Assembly: GCA_963733295.1 (NCBI GenBank)
Contig: CAVTCS010000003.1
Span: 448,001-512,000 of the forward strand
DNA length: 64,000 bases
DNA from: Vulcanimicrobiota bacterium
GTDB lineage: Bacteria > Vulcanimicrobiota > Vulcanimicrobiia > Vulcanimicrobiales > Vulcanimicrobiaceae
Direction: 5' to 3'
Positions within the stretch are counted from its first letter, which is position 1; the number at the start of each line of letters is the position of its first letter. A program made the position numbers and the translations under genes. Under the pieces are notes generated by a model. It searched no databases and had not been told where the DNA came from. It saw only the letters and a list, made by a program, of their open reading frames with translations. Below, piece after piece: positions 11,332 to 22,945 of the stretch.

Positions 11332-12552
11332 GTGAAGAAGCTTCGCATTCCGACGGCGCTCGCCGTCCTAACCGGAATCCTCCTTTCATATAGTGCGCCG
11401 CTCGCGGGGGACGCGCAAAGCGGTCCCATCCACATCGCCGTGATCACCGACATGTCGGGCATCTATGCGTCACTTGCCGGAAAGGGCGCAGTCCTCGCGA
11501 CCCAGATGGCAGTCGACGACTTCGGCGGGAAGGTGCTCGGGCGGCAGATCATCGTCGATACGATCGACCACCGTAACAACGGGCCGGAAGGCGCAGCCAA
11601 AGCCCGCGAAGCCTATGATAATGGCGCTGAACTGGCGCTGGATATGACCAACTCGGGGGTCGCGCTGGCGGTTGCGGGGGTGGCGAAGGAAAAGCACAAA
11701 CTCGCGATCGTCACTGGCGGTGCAACCTCGGCGCTGACCGGAGCGAATTGCAACAAGTACACCTATCATTACGCCTACGACACATACTCGCTCGCGGCGT
11801 CCACCGGACGGAACGTCGCGCGGCAAGCCGACGCTAAGACCTGGTATGGCATCGTGCCGAATTACGCTTTCGGAACGCAGATGCTCGCCGACTTCACGTC
11901 GGCGATCAAACCCGAAGGCGCGAGCTTCGTTCATGCCGACATGATCCCGACCGGCACGACCGATTTCTCGTCGTATCTGCTTGCGGCGAAGAACTCGGGC
12001 GCACAGGTCCTCGGCGTTCTTAATGCCGGTGCCGATACCGTCAACACCATGAAGGGCGTCAAGCAATTCGGGCTCGACAAGACGATGAAGATCGCGATCG
12101 GGCTCCTGTTCCTCTCGGACGTCGACGCGTTGCCCGACGTCTTTGCGGGTGCGCACATCACGACGTCATGGTATTGGAATGAGGATAAGCTGGCACGCGC
12201 TTGGGCCGACAGGTTCACCCAACGCTTTGGCGGCGGCATCCGGCCAACGTCGATTCAAGCCTCCGATTACTCGGCCACCACGCAGTGGCTCAACGCGGTC
12301 AAGGCCGTGGGCTCGGTCGACGCGGACAAAGTCGTGACCTACCTTGACGGGCGGCAGTTCAACGACTTCTACGCACACGCGGCCGAGTGGCGCGCCCGCG
12401 ACCACCTCGTGACGCATGAGATGTACGTGGTCGACGTTCTGTCTAAAGATCAAATCAAAGAACCGCACGCGTGGTACAAAATTATCCAAGTCATCCCTCC
12501 CTCGCGAGCATTCCGTCCCGAGGATCAGTCGACGTGTAAGAAGGATTGGTGA
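11332..12552 (+). CDS. LIV-type (HAAT) ABC transporter substrate-binding protein
   Basis: Signal peptide, ITDMSGIY, AVDDFGGKVLG and GTTDFSSYLL; followed by LivH/LivM-like permeases. Confidence 0.87.
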   Translation: MKKLRIPTALAVLTGILLSYSAPLAGDAQSGPIHIAVITDMSGIYASLAGKGAVLATQMAVDDFGGKVLGRQIIVDTIDHRNNGPEGAAKAREAYDNGAELALDMTNSGVALAVAGVAKEKHKLAIVTGGATSALTGANCNKYTYHYAYDTYSLAASTGRNVARQADAKTWYGIVPNYAFGTQMLADFTSAIKPEGASFVHADMIPTGTTDFSSYLLAAKNSGAQVLGVLNAGADTVNTMKGVKQFGLDKTMKIAIGLLFLSDVDALPDVFAGAHITTSWYWNEDKLARAWADRFTQRFGGGIRPTSIQASDYSATTQWLNAVKAVGSVDADKVVTYLDGRQFNDFYAHAAEWRARDHLVTHEMYVVDVLSKDQIKEPHAWYKIIQVIPPSRAFRPEDQSTCKKDW

Positions 12553-12595
12553 ATTTCTCGACGACTCACTACGTCCGTAACACGGAGGCCGGCAG

Positions 12596-13516
12596 GTGAT
12601 GCCGGCCTCTTTTCTCCCGCTGCTCGCGCAAGCCCAGTTGACGCCGGACTATCTTGGGACGCAGCTCTTCAATGGGCTGGTCAACGGCGGATTCTTCGCG
12701 CTGCTCGCGCTCGGTCTCAGCATCATCTTCGGCATGCTGCGTATCGTGAACTTCGCCCACGGAACGATGTACATGTTGGGTGCTTTCGTCGCCTACTACG
12801 GCGCGCAACTCGTGCACTTGCCATTCTTTGCGGCACTGATCGTTGCCCCAATTGTGGTCGGGATCTTCGGTTTGTTGATCGAGGTAACGTTGCTCCGCCG
12901 GCTCTATAACCTCGACCCGCTCTACAATCTTTTGTTCACGTTTGCGCTCGTTCTTATCATCGAAGACGCCATGCGACTCGCCGCCGGCGCGCTTGGCTCG
13001 CCGTACGAAACGCCGCCGCTACTCGCCGGCGCGACGAATCTCGGCTTCGCGCTCTACCCGACGTACCGTCTGTTCACGATCGTCGTCTGCATCGTTGTCT
13101 GCCTCGCGGTCTACCTGATCGTCGAGCGTACGATGCTCGGCGCGCGGATCCGGGCCGCGACCGAAAAGCCGGAGCTGACGCGCGCGTTCGGCATCAACAC
13201 CAGCCGCCTCGTCAGCGGGGTCTTTGCGTTCGGCGTTGCGCTGGCTGCTTTCGCCGGCGTTCTCAGCGCGCCGAATACGAACGTCACGCCGACGATGGGC
13301 GACACGATCATCATCCAGACCTTTGCGATCGTCGTGATCGGCGGACTCGGCTCGATCCTCGGTTCGATTGTGGCCGGATTCGCAGTCGGCGTCATTGCGA
13401 CCATCGGCGCGGTCTTCTTCCCGCAAATCTCGACGACGCTGATATTCTTCTTGATGGTCGTCGTGCTGCTGTTCCGGCCGGCCGGGCTCTTCGGAACGGC
13501 GGAGCGCGCGGCGTGA
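12596..13516 (+). CDS. Branched-chain amino acid ABC permease (LivH-like)
   Basis: GLSIIFGMLRIVNFAHG and FAIVVIGGLGSI; multi-TM. Confidence 0.9.
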   Translation: MMPASFLPLLAQAQLTPDYLGTQLFNGLVNGGFFALLALGLSIIFGMLRIVNFAHGTMYMLGAFVAYYGAQLVHLPFFAALIVAPIVVGIFGLLIEVTLLRRLYNLDPLYNLLFTFALVLIIEDAMRLAAGALGSPYETPPLLAGATNLGFALYPTYRLFTIVVCIVVCLAVYLIVERTMLGARIRAATEKPELTRAFGINTSRLVSGVFAFGVALAAFAGVLSAPNTNVTPTMGDTIIIQTFAIVVIGGLGSILGSIVAGFAVGVIATIGAVFFPQISTTLIFFLMVVVLLFRPAGLFGTAERAA

Positions 13517-14526
13517 CGCTAGCCTTCGTGCAAGGCCGGCGCGGGCTCGTCGTCGGCTCAGTCTTGCTGGCTCTGGGCCTGGTGCTGCCGTTCTTCGTCT
13601 ATCCCGTCTTCGCGATCGATCTCGTGTGCTTCGCGATGGTCGCGGTCTCGTTCGATCTGCTACTCGGCTTCACGGGACTGCTTTCATTCGGTCAGGCGAT
13701 GTTCTGGGGCGGCAGCGGCTACGTCGCGACGATCCTGATTCACAACGGCGTCAACTCGTTCGTACTCGCAGTCTTCGGCGGCGTCGCGTTCTCGCTAGTC
13801 CTGTCGCTGGCGGTCGGTGCGTTCGCGGTACGTCGCAGCGGCATTTACTTCGCGATGATCACGCTGGCGATTGCGCAGATCGAGTACTTTCTTTCCTTTC
13901 AGCTGGTCAATCTGACCGGCGGCGAGAACGGCCTGGAAATCTCGACACGCGGCACGCTCTTCGGCCTCCCGCTCGAGAACGACCGCGTCTACTACTATCT
14001 GGTCCTCGTCGCGGCGGTGTTCGTGACGATGTTCGCGATCAGAGTCGTGACCTCGCCGTTCGGGCAAGTACTCGCCGCGATGCGCGAAAACGAGGTGCGC
14101 GCGCAAAGCGTCGGCTACGCGACCACGCGCTTCAAGATCGCGGCCTTCGTGCTCTCCGGGACGCTCGCGGGATTCGCCGGCGCGTTGTATTCGATCGGGA
14201 ACCGCTTGGCCGGACTCGATGGCGTCGACTGGCACACCTCGGGCGCGATCGTCATGATGACGATCCTAGGCGGGATCGGAACGATCTACGGCCCCATAGT
14301 CGGCGCCGCAGTCTTCGAGTCGCTCGACTACTTCGTATCGAAAACCGCGATCGGCGACAAAACGAATCTCGTGATGGGCTTCGTCTTCGCGGTCGTGATT
14401 CTGGTTGCGCGCCGCGGCATCGTCGGCGAAATTCTGCAGCGAGCCTTCGCGCCCCGCCGCTTGCTGGTCGAAGACGAAGACAATCCCAATCATCTCGTCG
14501 TCGAAGTCGAACCCGAACCGATCTAA
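13513..14526 (+). CDS. Branched-chain amino acid ABC permease (LivM-like)
   Basis: GFTGLLSFGQ, GIYFAMITLA, TGGENG and RENEVRA; 4-bp overlap with the upstream gene. Confidence 0.9.
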   Translation: MTLAFVQGRRGLVVGSVLLALGLVLPFFVYPVFAIDLVCFAMVAVSFDLLLGFTGLLSFGQAMFWGGSGYVATILIHNGVNSFVLAVFGGVAFSLVLSLAVGAFAVRRSGIYFAMITLAIAQIEYFLSFQLVNLTGGENGLEISTRGTLFGLPLENDRVYYYLVLVAAVFVTMFAIRVVTSPFGQVLAAMRENEVRAQSVGYATTRFKIAAFVLSGTLAGFAGALYSIGNRLAGLDGVDWHTSGAIVMMTILGGIGTIYGPIVGAAVFESLDYFVSKTAIGDKTNLVMGFVFAVVILVARRGIVGEILQRAFAPRRLLVEDEDNPNHLVVEVEPEPI

Positions 14527-14545
14527 TAGGCAAACGCGGAGACTA

Positions 14546-15250
14546 CTAAACTCCCAGGTGCGCGAGCAAGTCGCTTTCGCGTTCGATCACTTCGGCGTTC
14601 GTCATCGAGTCGACGATGCGGCCGTGGACCATTAGGTAGTGGCGGTCGGCGACACGCGTCGCAAAGCGCAAATTCTGTTCGACCAGCAGTATCGTGACGC
14701 CCGATTGCTTGATCTCGAGAATCAGGTCGCCGATCGCGTTGACGATAACCGGCGCGAGACCCTCGGTCGGCTCGTCCAACAGAATCAGCCGCGCACCGTT
14801 GCGCAGAACTCGCGCGATCGCGAGCATCTGTTGCTCGCCACCCGAAAGCGTCGTTCCCATCGCTCGCGCCCGCTCTTTGAGAATCGGGAACAGTCCGTAG
14901 ATCTTGTCGATCGGCCAGGCGCAGTCGTTGTCGATGACCGGCGGGAGCGCGAGGTTCTCGGCGACGGTAAGCGTCGCGTAGATGCCGCGCTCTTCCGGCA
15001 CGAAGCCGATGCCTCGCCGCGCGATCTTATCGGAACTCAGCGTGGCGATGGAGCGGTCTTCGAAGACGACTTCGCCGCTCCGGCGGCGCACGATCCCCAT
15101 GATCGACTTGAGGGTCGTCGTCTTACCGGCACCGTTGCGACCTACCAACGTCACGACCTCGCCGCGCTCGACCCGCAAGTCGACGCCGCGCAAGACATGG
15201 CTCTCGTCGTAGTAGGCGTTGAGGCCGCGCGTTTCAAGCACGGACTGCAC
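14546..15250 (-). CDS. ABC ATP-binding protein (LivF-like)
   Basis: GRNGAGKTT, LSGGEQQMLA, LLDEPTEGLAP and VEQN. Confidence 0.92.
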   Translation of the reverse strand: MQSVLETRGLNAYYDESHVLRGVDLRVERGEVVTLVGRNGAGKTTTLKSIMGIVRRRSGEVVFEDRSIATLSSDKIARRGIGFVPEERGIYATLTVAENLALPPVIDNDCAWPIDKIYGLFPILKERARAMGTTLSGGEQQMLAIARVLRNGARLILLDEPTEGLAPVIVNAIGDLILEIKQSGVTILLVEQNLRFATRVADRHYLMVHGRIVDSMTNAEVIERESDLLAHLGV

Positions 15251-15995
15251 CGCCGCCGAGATACGCGTCGATGACGCGTTGATCGGTGCGCACCTGCTCG
15301 TAGGTCCCCTCGACGAGAACCTGCCCGTGCTGCAGGACCGTTATGCGTTGCGAGAGATCGGCGACGACGCTGAGGTTGTGCTCGACCAGCACTACCGTGC
15401 GGTCCTTCGCGACCCGGCCGATCAAGCGTGAGATCCGCGCGACGTCGGCGGTCCCCATGCCGGCCGTCGGCTCGTCGAGCAGCAAGATCTCGGGATCTTG
15501 CGCGAGCGAAATCGCGAGTTCGAGAGCGCGTTTGCGGCCGTAGGAAAGCTGCACGGCCAGAAGGTTGCCTTCGCGTTCCAAACCCACCTCGGCCAGCAGT
15601 TCCTTCGCGCGCGGCTCCAGGCGCGCCGTTGCGGCGCCGCTCGACCAGAAGCGAATCGGCAGATCCGTCTTCGACTCGAGCGAGACTTTGACGTTATCCA
15701 GGACGCTCAAGTGCGTGAAGATGCTGTTGATCTGGAAGCTGCGTACCATACCGAGGCGCGCGATGCGCGGCGGGCTGAGGCCCGTGATGTCGCGTCCACC
15801 CAGCGAGATCGTCCCCGCGCTCGCCTTCACGAAGCCGGAGAGCAGGTTGAAGAAGGTCGTCTTTCCTGCGCCGTTGGGTCCGATGATGGCGTGGATGGTT
15901 CCGGCTTCGATCGCGATCGAGACGTCGTCGACGGCGCGGTAACCGGCGAAAGACTTTGAGAGCCCCTGCGTCGCGACGATCGCGTTAGCGGTCAT
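15234..15995 (-). CDS. ABC ATP-binding protein (LivG-like)
   Basis: GPNGAGKTT, LSYGRKR, LLDEPTAGM and C-terminal VIDAYLG. Confidence 0.92.
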   Translation of the reverse strand: MTANAIVATQGLSKSFAGYRAVDDVSIAIEAGTIHAIIGPNGAGKTTFFNLLSGFVKASAGTISLGGRDITGLSPPRIARLGMVRSFQINSIFTHLSVLDNVKVSLESKTDLPIRFWSSGAATARLEPRAKELLAEVGLEREGNLLAVQLSYGRKRALELAISLAQDPEILLLDEPTAGMGTADVARISRLIGRVAKDRTVVLVEHNLSVVADLSQRITVLQHGQVLVEGTYEQVRTDQRVIDAYLGGGAVRA

Positions 15996-16090
15996 TCCGG
16001 CGCTTTCACCGGACGCGCCTTCGCGCCTCCGGACCTCCGGCCGAGACCGGCGGGCAGTCGGTGACGGCCCGGACGGCGAAACAAGGTGAG

Positions 16091-19000
16091 ATGAACGGTT
16101 TTCTGCGCGCGCTGGACGAGCGGGTCCTCGTCTTCGACGGAGCGATGGGGACCGAGCTCATGGCGATGGAACTCGGTGCCGAGGATTTCGGCGGGACTGC
16201 TTTCGCGGGCTGCAACGAGGCGGTCGTTCTCGCGCGGCCGGACCTCATCGCCGGCATTCACGAGCGCTATCTTGCGGCCGGCGCGGACGTTCTCGAAACC
16301 GACACGTTCACCGCCTCGCGGCTCAAACTCGACGAGTATGGCCTCGGCGACCGCACCGAGGAAATCAATCTGCGCGCGGCCCAACTCGCTCGCACCGCCG
16401 CGGATCGCTTCTCGACGCCGGTGCGCCCACGCTTCGTCGCGGGTTCGCTCGGACCGACGGGAATGCTGATCTCCTCCTCGGATCCCGCGCTCTCGCGCAT
16501 AACCTTCGATGAGCTCGCCGCCATCTACGGCGAGCAAGCGCGCTATCTCGTGGCGGGCGGCGTCGACCTCTTGATCCTCGAGACGAGCCAGGACTTGCTC
16601 GAGATGAAGGCGGCGATCGCCGGCATTACCCGCGAGTTCGACGCGCGGTCTGCGCCGCGTGCCGATCCAAGCGCAAGCGACCCTCGACGTCACCGGCCGC
16701 ATGCTGCTCGGCACCGACATCCGCGCCGTCTGCGCGACGCTCGACGCGCTTGCCGATCGACGTCATCGGGCTCAACTGTTCTACGGGTCCCTCGCATATG
16801 CGCGACCCGATCCGCTACCTGGTCGAAAACTCGCGCTGCTTCGTTTCGGTCATCCCGAATGCGGGTCTGCCGCATCATGGGCCCGCGCGGCGAGACGATC
16901 TACCCGGAGACCCCCGACGAGATGGCGCGCGAACTCAGCGATTTCGTACGCGACTTCGGCGTAAATGCGATCGGCGGCTGCTGCGGTACGACGGTGGCGC
17001 ACGTCGCGCGCCTTCGCGGCACTCGCCGAGGACCGCGTCGGGCGCAAGCCCTCACCGAAACCGCTTCAGTTCGCGGCTTCGGCGATGACCGCGACGGCGC
17101 TCGCTGCAAGACGGCAGTCCGCTCCTCATCGGCGAGCGGCTGAACGCGCAAGGCTCGCGCCGCATCAAGCGTCTCCTGCTCGAGGAGACTACGACGAGAT
17201 CATGCTCGTCGCGCGCGAGCAAGTCGAGGGCGGCGCGCACGTGCTCGACGTTTGCGTCGCCTTGACGGAGCGTACCGACGAAGATCAGCAGATGGCGACG
17301 CTCGTCAAGAAGCTCGCGCAAACGGTCGAGGCGCCGCTGATGATCGACTCGACCGAACCGAAGGTCATCGAGGCGGCACTGAAAATTTACGCGGGGCGTC
17401 CGATCGTCAACTCGGTTCAACCTCGAAGCCGGACGGGCCAAGCTCGACGTCGTCATGCCGCTAGTCCGAGAGAGCGGTGCCGCGATCGTGGCGCTGACGA
17501 TCGACGAGACGGGAATGGCGAAGACGGCCGAACGGAAGCTCGAGGTCGCGCAACGTCATTTACGACATCGATCGTCGGCGAGTACGGCTTGCCGCCGGGA
17601 GCGTTGATCTTCGACGCGTTGACCTTCACCTTGGCGACCGGCGACCCCGAGTTCGTGGACTCGGCCGTCGAAACGATCGCCGGCATCAAGCTCATCAAGG
17701 AACGTATTCCCGGCGTTCTCACCTCGCTCGGCGTCTCGAACGCATCGTTCGGACTCAAGCCGGCGGCGCGTGCCGCCCTCAATTCGGTGATGCTCCACCA
17801 CTGCGTCGCGGCCGGACTCGACATGGCGATCGTTAACGCCAAAGAGATCACCCCGTTCGCCGAACTCGATCCGCCGAGCGCGAACTCTGCGACGACCTGG
17901 TGCTCAACCGCCGGCCCGACGCGCTGCCAGCGCGTCATCGAGCACTGGGATGCGAAGGGCGCGGAGGGCGGCGCCAAAGCGAGCGCGGCCGCTCTCGACG
18001 ACGACGCCGGCGCACCGATCGAAGTGCGCATTCACAACGCGATCCTGCGCCGCCGCAAGGACGGCATCGAGGCCAAGATCGACGAAGCGCTGCGGCGCGC
18101 GCGACGCCGGTCGACGTTCTCAACAACGTGCTGCTTCCCGGCGATGAAGGAAGTCGGCGACAAGTTCGGCTCGGGCGAGCTGATCCTGCCGTTCGTCTTG
18201 CAGTCGGCCGAGGTGATGAAGAAGGCCGTCGCGCACCTCGAGCAGTTTTTGGAAAAGCAGCGAAGGCGTGACCAAGGGGAAGGTCGTGCTCGCCACCGTT
18301 TTCGGCGACGTCCACGACATCGGCAAGAACCTCGTCAACACGATCCTGACGAACAACGGATACACCGTCTACGACCTCGGCAAGCAAGTGCCGATGCAGC
18401 GCGATCCTCGAGAAGGCGGTCGAAGTACGAGGCCGACGCGATCGGCCTGTCGGCGTTGCTGGTCTCGACCTCGAAGCAGATGCCGGTCTGCGTGGCCGAG
18501 CAGCATCGCGCGGGTTTGGAGTTTCCGGTTCTCGATCGGCGGGCGCCGCGATCAACCGCGACTTCGGGCGCCGGATCGCATTCGTCGAGTCGAATGAAGG
18601 CGCGCGCTACTTCGATCCGGGCGTGTACTACGCGAAGGATGCGTTCGAAGGCCTCGAAATCATGGACGCGCTCACTTCAGATCTGGACCGTCGCCGCACG
18701 TTCGTCGATGCGAAACGCGCCGAAGCGGAAACGAGCCGCAACGCCTCCGCGCGGAACGTGACTCCTCGCTCCCCGAACGGCCGAACCGCGCGCGAGACGC
18801 TGAAACCCGCGGAGGTTCCGACGCCGCCTTTCTACGGTCCGCGCGTGCTCGATTCGATCGATCCGCCCGAGCTCTGGCAGCACTTCGATCTCAAGAGTCT
18901 CTACCGTCTCTCTTGGGGCGGCGCGAACGTCAAAGGGGCCGCTGTGGGAGGCGCTGGTGCGCGATGAGTTCGAGCCGAGGCTCGCTCGCTACCAGCGAGA

Positions 19001-19599
19001 AGCCGAAGGGAGCGGGCTCATCCGGCCGCGCGCCGTGTACGGGTACTTTCCCGCTGCGGCCTCCGGATCCGACGTCATCCTCTACGCGCCGGACGAGCCG
19101 AGCCGCGAGATCGCGACGGTTCGCATTCGTGCGGCAAGCGGGCGGAGAACATCTTTCGCTGGCCGACTATTTGCGCGAACCGGAGGCTGGCGGCGGGCGC
19201 GACGTCGTCGCGCTGCAAGTCGTAACGATCGGAAGCGGGGCCTCGGAGCGCGTCGACGCCTTGCAAGCTGCGAGCGACTATAGCGAGAGCTACTTTCTGC
19301 ACGGTTTCTCGGTGCAAGCCGCGGAAGCGACGGCCGAGTACGTACATCGCCGCATCCGCGCCGAACTCGGCCTACCCGGCGATCGCGGCAAACGCTACTC
19401 GTGGGGCTACGGCGCGTGTCCGGATCTCTCGCAACATGCGATCGTCTGGCAATTGCTCGACGTCGAACGATCGCTCGGCGTCAAACTGACCGAAGCGTTC
19501 CAAATGGTGCCCGAGCAATCGACCGCCGCGATCGTGATCCACCACCCGGAGGCGTCGTACTTCAATGCCGCCGCGGTTCGCGAACTCATCGGCACGTAA
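16091..19599 (+). pseudogene. metH: Cobalamin-dependent methionine synthase, full length but broken by more than a dozen small frameshifts (likely sequence errors)
   Basis: All domains appear in order across three frames: VFDGAMGT, GLNCSTG and GGCCGTT (Hcy/Zn); IGERLNAQGS, IDSTE and LGVSNASFG (pterin); [12 protein letters not shown] (cap); DVHDIGKN (B12); RYSWGYGACPDL and PEQSTAA (activation). Confidence 0.9.
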
Positions 19600-19716
19600 G
19601 AACGTCCGGCGCCTCCTCTGCGAGGGAGGGAAGCCTCTCCCCTCGGCGTACACAGATTCGACTCGGTCTCGTCTTTTTTGCGGCTCGCGAGCCCGCTTAT
19701 TCGGAGGTTGATTTTT

Positions 19717-20962
19717 ATGCATTCTCGGAACGCATTCGTCCGGCTTTCGGTCGCCGTCGTGCTGGGGGCGCTGGTCGCTTCCACGACACCGGTCGCGCTC
19801 GAAACGCCGGCTTCCGCGCAAAACGTACAGGTCATCAAGATCGGCATCGACCTTCCCGTAAGCGGCGGCGACGCGGCGCAAGGCATCCCGACGCAACAGG
19901 GAGCCATGCTCGCGATCGACGATGCCAACGCGCACCACGTGTTGGGCGCATTCAAGCTGCAAGCGGACGCGCTCGACGACGCGGTGGCGGGCGCGCACGA
20001 TCCGGCGCAAGGTGCGCAGAACGTGAAGACGTTCGTTTCCGACTCGAGCGTGCTCGCGATGTTCGGCCCATTCAATTCAAACGTAGCGAAGGCCGAGATC
20101 CCCATTTCGAACGACGCCGGCCTCGCTATGATCGCAGCCTCGACGACGAACCCCGGTCTGACGAAGGGCGAAGACGCAAAGAAACTGCGCATCTCGCATC
20201 CCGACGTCAATACCTTTTTCCGCGTCTGCACGACCGACGATCGCCAAGGTGCCGTCGGCGCGAGTTTCGCGCGTAAGTTCGGTTACAAGAAAGTGTTCAT
20301 CGTCGACGATAACGAGACGTACGGCAAGGGTTTAGCCGACGTCTTCGAATTGGACTTCAAGAAATACGGCGGCACGGTCTTGGGTCACGAACATCTCACG
20401 AAAGGGCAGACCGACTTCAAGGCGCTCCTGACGAAGGCCGAGAGTCTCGGACCCGATCTCATCTTCTTCGGCGGCACGACCGTGACCGGAGGAGGGCTGC
20501 TGCGCAAGCAGATGGGCGATTCGGCGCTCAAGAGCGTCACGTTCTTCGGTGGCGACGGCATCAGCGACACGAGTTCCTCACGACCGCCGGCGCGATGGCG
20601 AACAACGTCTACTACACGGTGGCGGCGCCGAATCCGGCCAAACTGCAAAGCGCGCAAGCCTTCATCGCGGCGTACAAGAAGACGATGCAATGTCGACATC
20701 GGAGCCTACAGTGCGAACGCCTACGCCGCGGCGATGATCGAGATCGCTGCCATCGAGAAGGCGATCAAGGAGCAACGGCGGCAAGATGCCGACGCGTGCC
20801 GAGGTACTCAAGAACATCGCTGCAACGAAGAACTTCGATTCGCCGATCGGCAAGGTCGGATTCGACGCAAATGGCGACACGACGGCCGGCATCCTCAGTC
20901 TCTACAAGATTCTGGACGGGAAAGCCCAATTCGTCGATCAAGTAACCGAGGGCGGCTCGTAA
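19717..20962 (+). CDS. LivK-like branched-chain amino acid binding protein, frameshifted near 20570, 20690 and 20770
   Basis: GGAGG RBS then ATG at 19717. IKIGIDLPVSG, GPFNSNVA, FRVCTTDDRQG and QTDFKALL; the reading continues in other frames to FDSPIGKVGFDANGD and a TAA at 20960-20962. Confidence 0.8.
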
Positions 20963-20968
20963 CGACTT

Positions 20969-21885
20969 TTGGAAGTTTTCTTCCAGCAACTCGTCAACGG
21001 GCTCTCGCTCGGCGGCATCTACGCGCTCATCGCGCTCGGCTACACGATGGTCTACGGGATCATCGAATTGATCAACTTCGCACACGGCGACGTGTACACG
21101 CTCGGGACGTTCTTTACGCTGGCAGTTTTGACGGCGATCGGCGTCTCGGGCGAGTTGCACGGCTTGCCGCTGATCGGCGTGGTCTTGCTCGCGGTGGTCG
21201 TGTCGATGCTGCTTTGCGGCATCATCGGCGTCCTGATCGAGCGCCTCGCCTATCGCGGCTGCGCAACGCTCCCCGGCTGGCGCCGCTGATCACCGCCATC
21301 GGCATGTCGTTCATCCTCGAGAACGTGATGCAGCTCTGGAAGGGTCCCTCGCCTATCCCGTTTCCAGACTTCATTCCTAATCCCACAGTCGACCTCGGCG
21401 GCGTCTCGATCAGCGCCAAGCGGTCGCTCGTCATCGCGCTGGCGATCGTCATGATGGTCGCCTGCAGCTCTTCATTTCGAAGACGAAAATCGGGAAGGCG
21501 ATGCGGGCGACCGCCCAAGATCGTGACGCGGCCCAGCTGATGGGCATCAACATCAACACGACGATCGCGATGACGTTCTTGATCGGCAGCGCGCTTGCCG
21601 GGGCGGCGGGTTTCGTCAGCGGCGTGTACTACGGAACGACCTGGTTCTTCAACGGTTTCGAGGCCGGTCTCAAAGCCTTCACCGCCGCGGTCCTCGGCGG
21701 CATCGGGAACATTCCGGGCGCGATGCTGGGCGGTTTTGTGATCGGCCTCGTCGAGGCGCATCACGACCCAGTACATTCCCGGGGGTCAGCAGTGGAGCAA
21801 CGTCATCGTGTTCTCGGTGCTGGTTCTCGTGCTTATCTTCAGACCGGCCGGCTTGCTCGGCGAATCGCTCCCCGAGAAGGTGTAG
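20969..21885 (+). CDS. livH: LivH permease, frameshifted near 21260, 21470 and 21760
   Basis: QQLVNGLSLGGIYALIALGYTMVYGIIELINFAHG, APRLAPLITAIG, GLKAFTAAVLGGIGNIPGA and FRPAGLLGE occur across different frames. Confidence 0.82.
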
Positions 21886-21889
21886 GGCG

Positions 21890-22945
21890 ATGTCCGCCAC
21901 GGTCCGCCGGCGCCTTCCTTATCTGGCGCTGCTGCTGTTGCCGCTCATCCCGCTCATCGATTCCAACAATTCGCACATCGATTTTCTGGCCAACGCCGGA
22001 GCCTTCGTTCTGCTAGCCCTCGGCCTCAACATCGTCGTGGGGTTCGCCGGTCTGCTGGACCTCGGGTACGCGGCGTTTTTCGCGATCGGTTCGTACAGCT
22101 ACGCGATGCTCGCCAGCCAGCAGTTCGGCATTCACATCCCGTTTTGGATCATGCTGCTGGTCGCGCCGTGCATCGCGGCGCTGTTCGGCGTCTTGCTGGG
22201 CGCGCCCACGCTGCGGCTACGCGGCGATTACTTAGCGATCGTGACGCTCGGGTTCGGCGAGATCGTACCGCAAACGTTCCTCAACCTCTCGCAATTTACC
22301 AACGGCCCGAACGGGATCAGTTCGCTCGATCAGCCTTCGCTCTTCGGGCACGGCTTCGGCTTCAGCGCGACGCCGTTCTACGAAGTGATCCTCGTGCTCA
22401 TCGCGCTCGGCGTTTGGTTCGCGAGCAACCTGCAAAACAGCCGCCTGGGACGCGCCTGGATGGCGATTCGCGAGGACGAACTCGCCGCGCGTCACATGGG
22501 GATCAACACGACGACCGCCAAGCTTGCGGCGTTCGCGCTGGGAGCCTCGTTCAGCGGTCTGGCGGGCGTCGCGTATGCCGCAAAGCTCGACCTCGTTTCG
22601 CCGGACCAGTTTCAGTTCAACGTGAGCGTGCTCGTGCTCTCGATGCTCGTGCTGGGCGGCATGGGGAACATCTGGGGCGTGATCGTCGGCAGCCTCGTCC
22701 TCTCGTTCCTCAATAGCTTCCTCTTGCCGCAATCGACGAACCTCGCGCACGAGATCGGCTTGACCTGGCTCGACTTCACCAACTACCGCTTCATGCTGTA
22801 CGGCGTGATCCTCGTGGCGATGATGTTGTTCCGTCCCGAAGGCTTGATCCCGAGCCGGCAACGCAAAGCTGAGTTTCACGAGGCGCTAGAGGATCCGTCC
22901 CTCGCGGCGCAAGAGCAGACCGAATATACGAGCGGTGCGGCCTGA
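21890..22945 (+). CDS. livM: Branched-chain amino acid ABC permease LivM
   Basis: [34 protein letters not shown] and [11 protein letters not shown]. Confidence 0.92.
   Translation: MSATVRRRLPYLALLLLPLIPLIDSNNSHIDFLANAGAFVLLALGLNIVVGFAGLLDLGYAAFFAIGSYSYAMLASQQFGIHIPFWIMLLVAPCIAALFGVLLGAPTLRLRGDYLAIVTLGFGEIVPQTFLNLSQFTNGPNGISSLDQPSLFGHGFGFSATPFYEVILVLIALGVWFASNLQNSRLGRAWMAIREDELAARHMGINTTTAKLAAFALGASFSGLAGVAYAAKLDLVSPDQFQFNVSVLVLSMLVLGGMGNIWGVIVGSLVLSFLNSFLLPQSTNLAHEIGLTWLDFTNYRFMLYGVILVAMMLFRPEGLIPSRQRKAEFHEALEDPSLAAQEQTEYTSGAA

Noticed and set aside
16091..19599. Split or recoded multi-gene methionine synthase
   Set aside because: The breaks fall inside domains at irregular positions with no start or RBS logic or slippery sites, and neighbouring genes are affected in the same way.
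19610..19680. Intrinsic terminator after metH
   Set aside because: An imperfect hairpin (cgagggagg-gaag-cctctcccctcg) exists, but the T-run is about 30 nt away, which is too weak to call.
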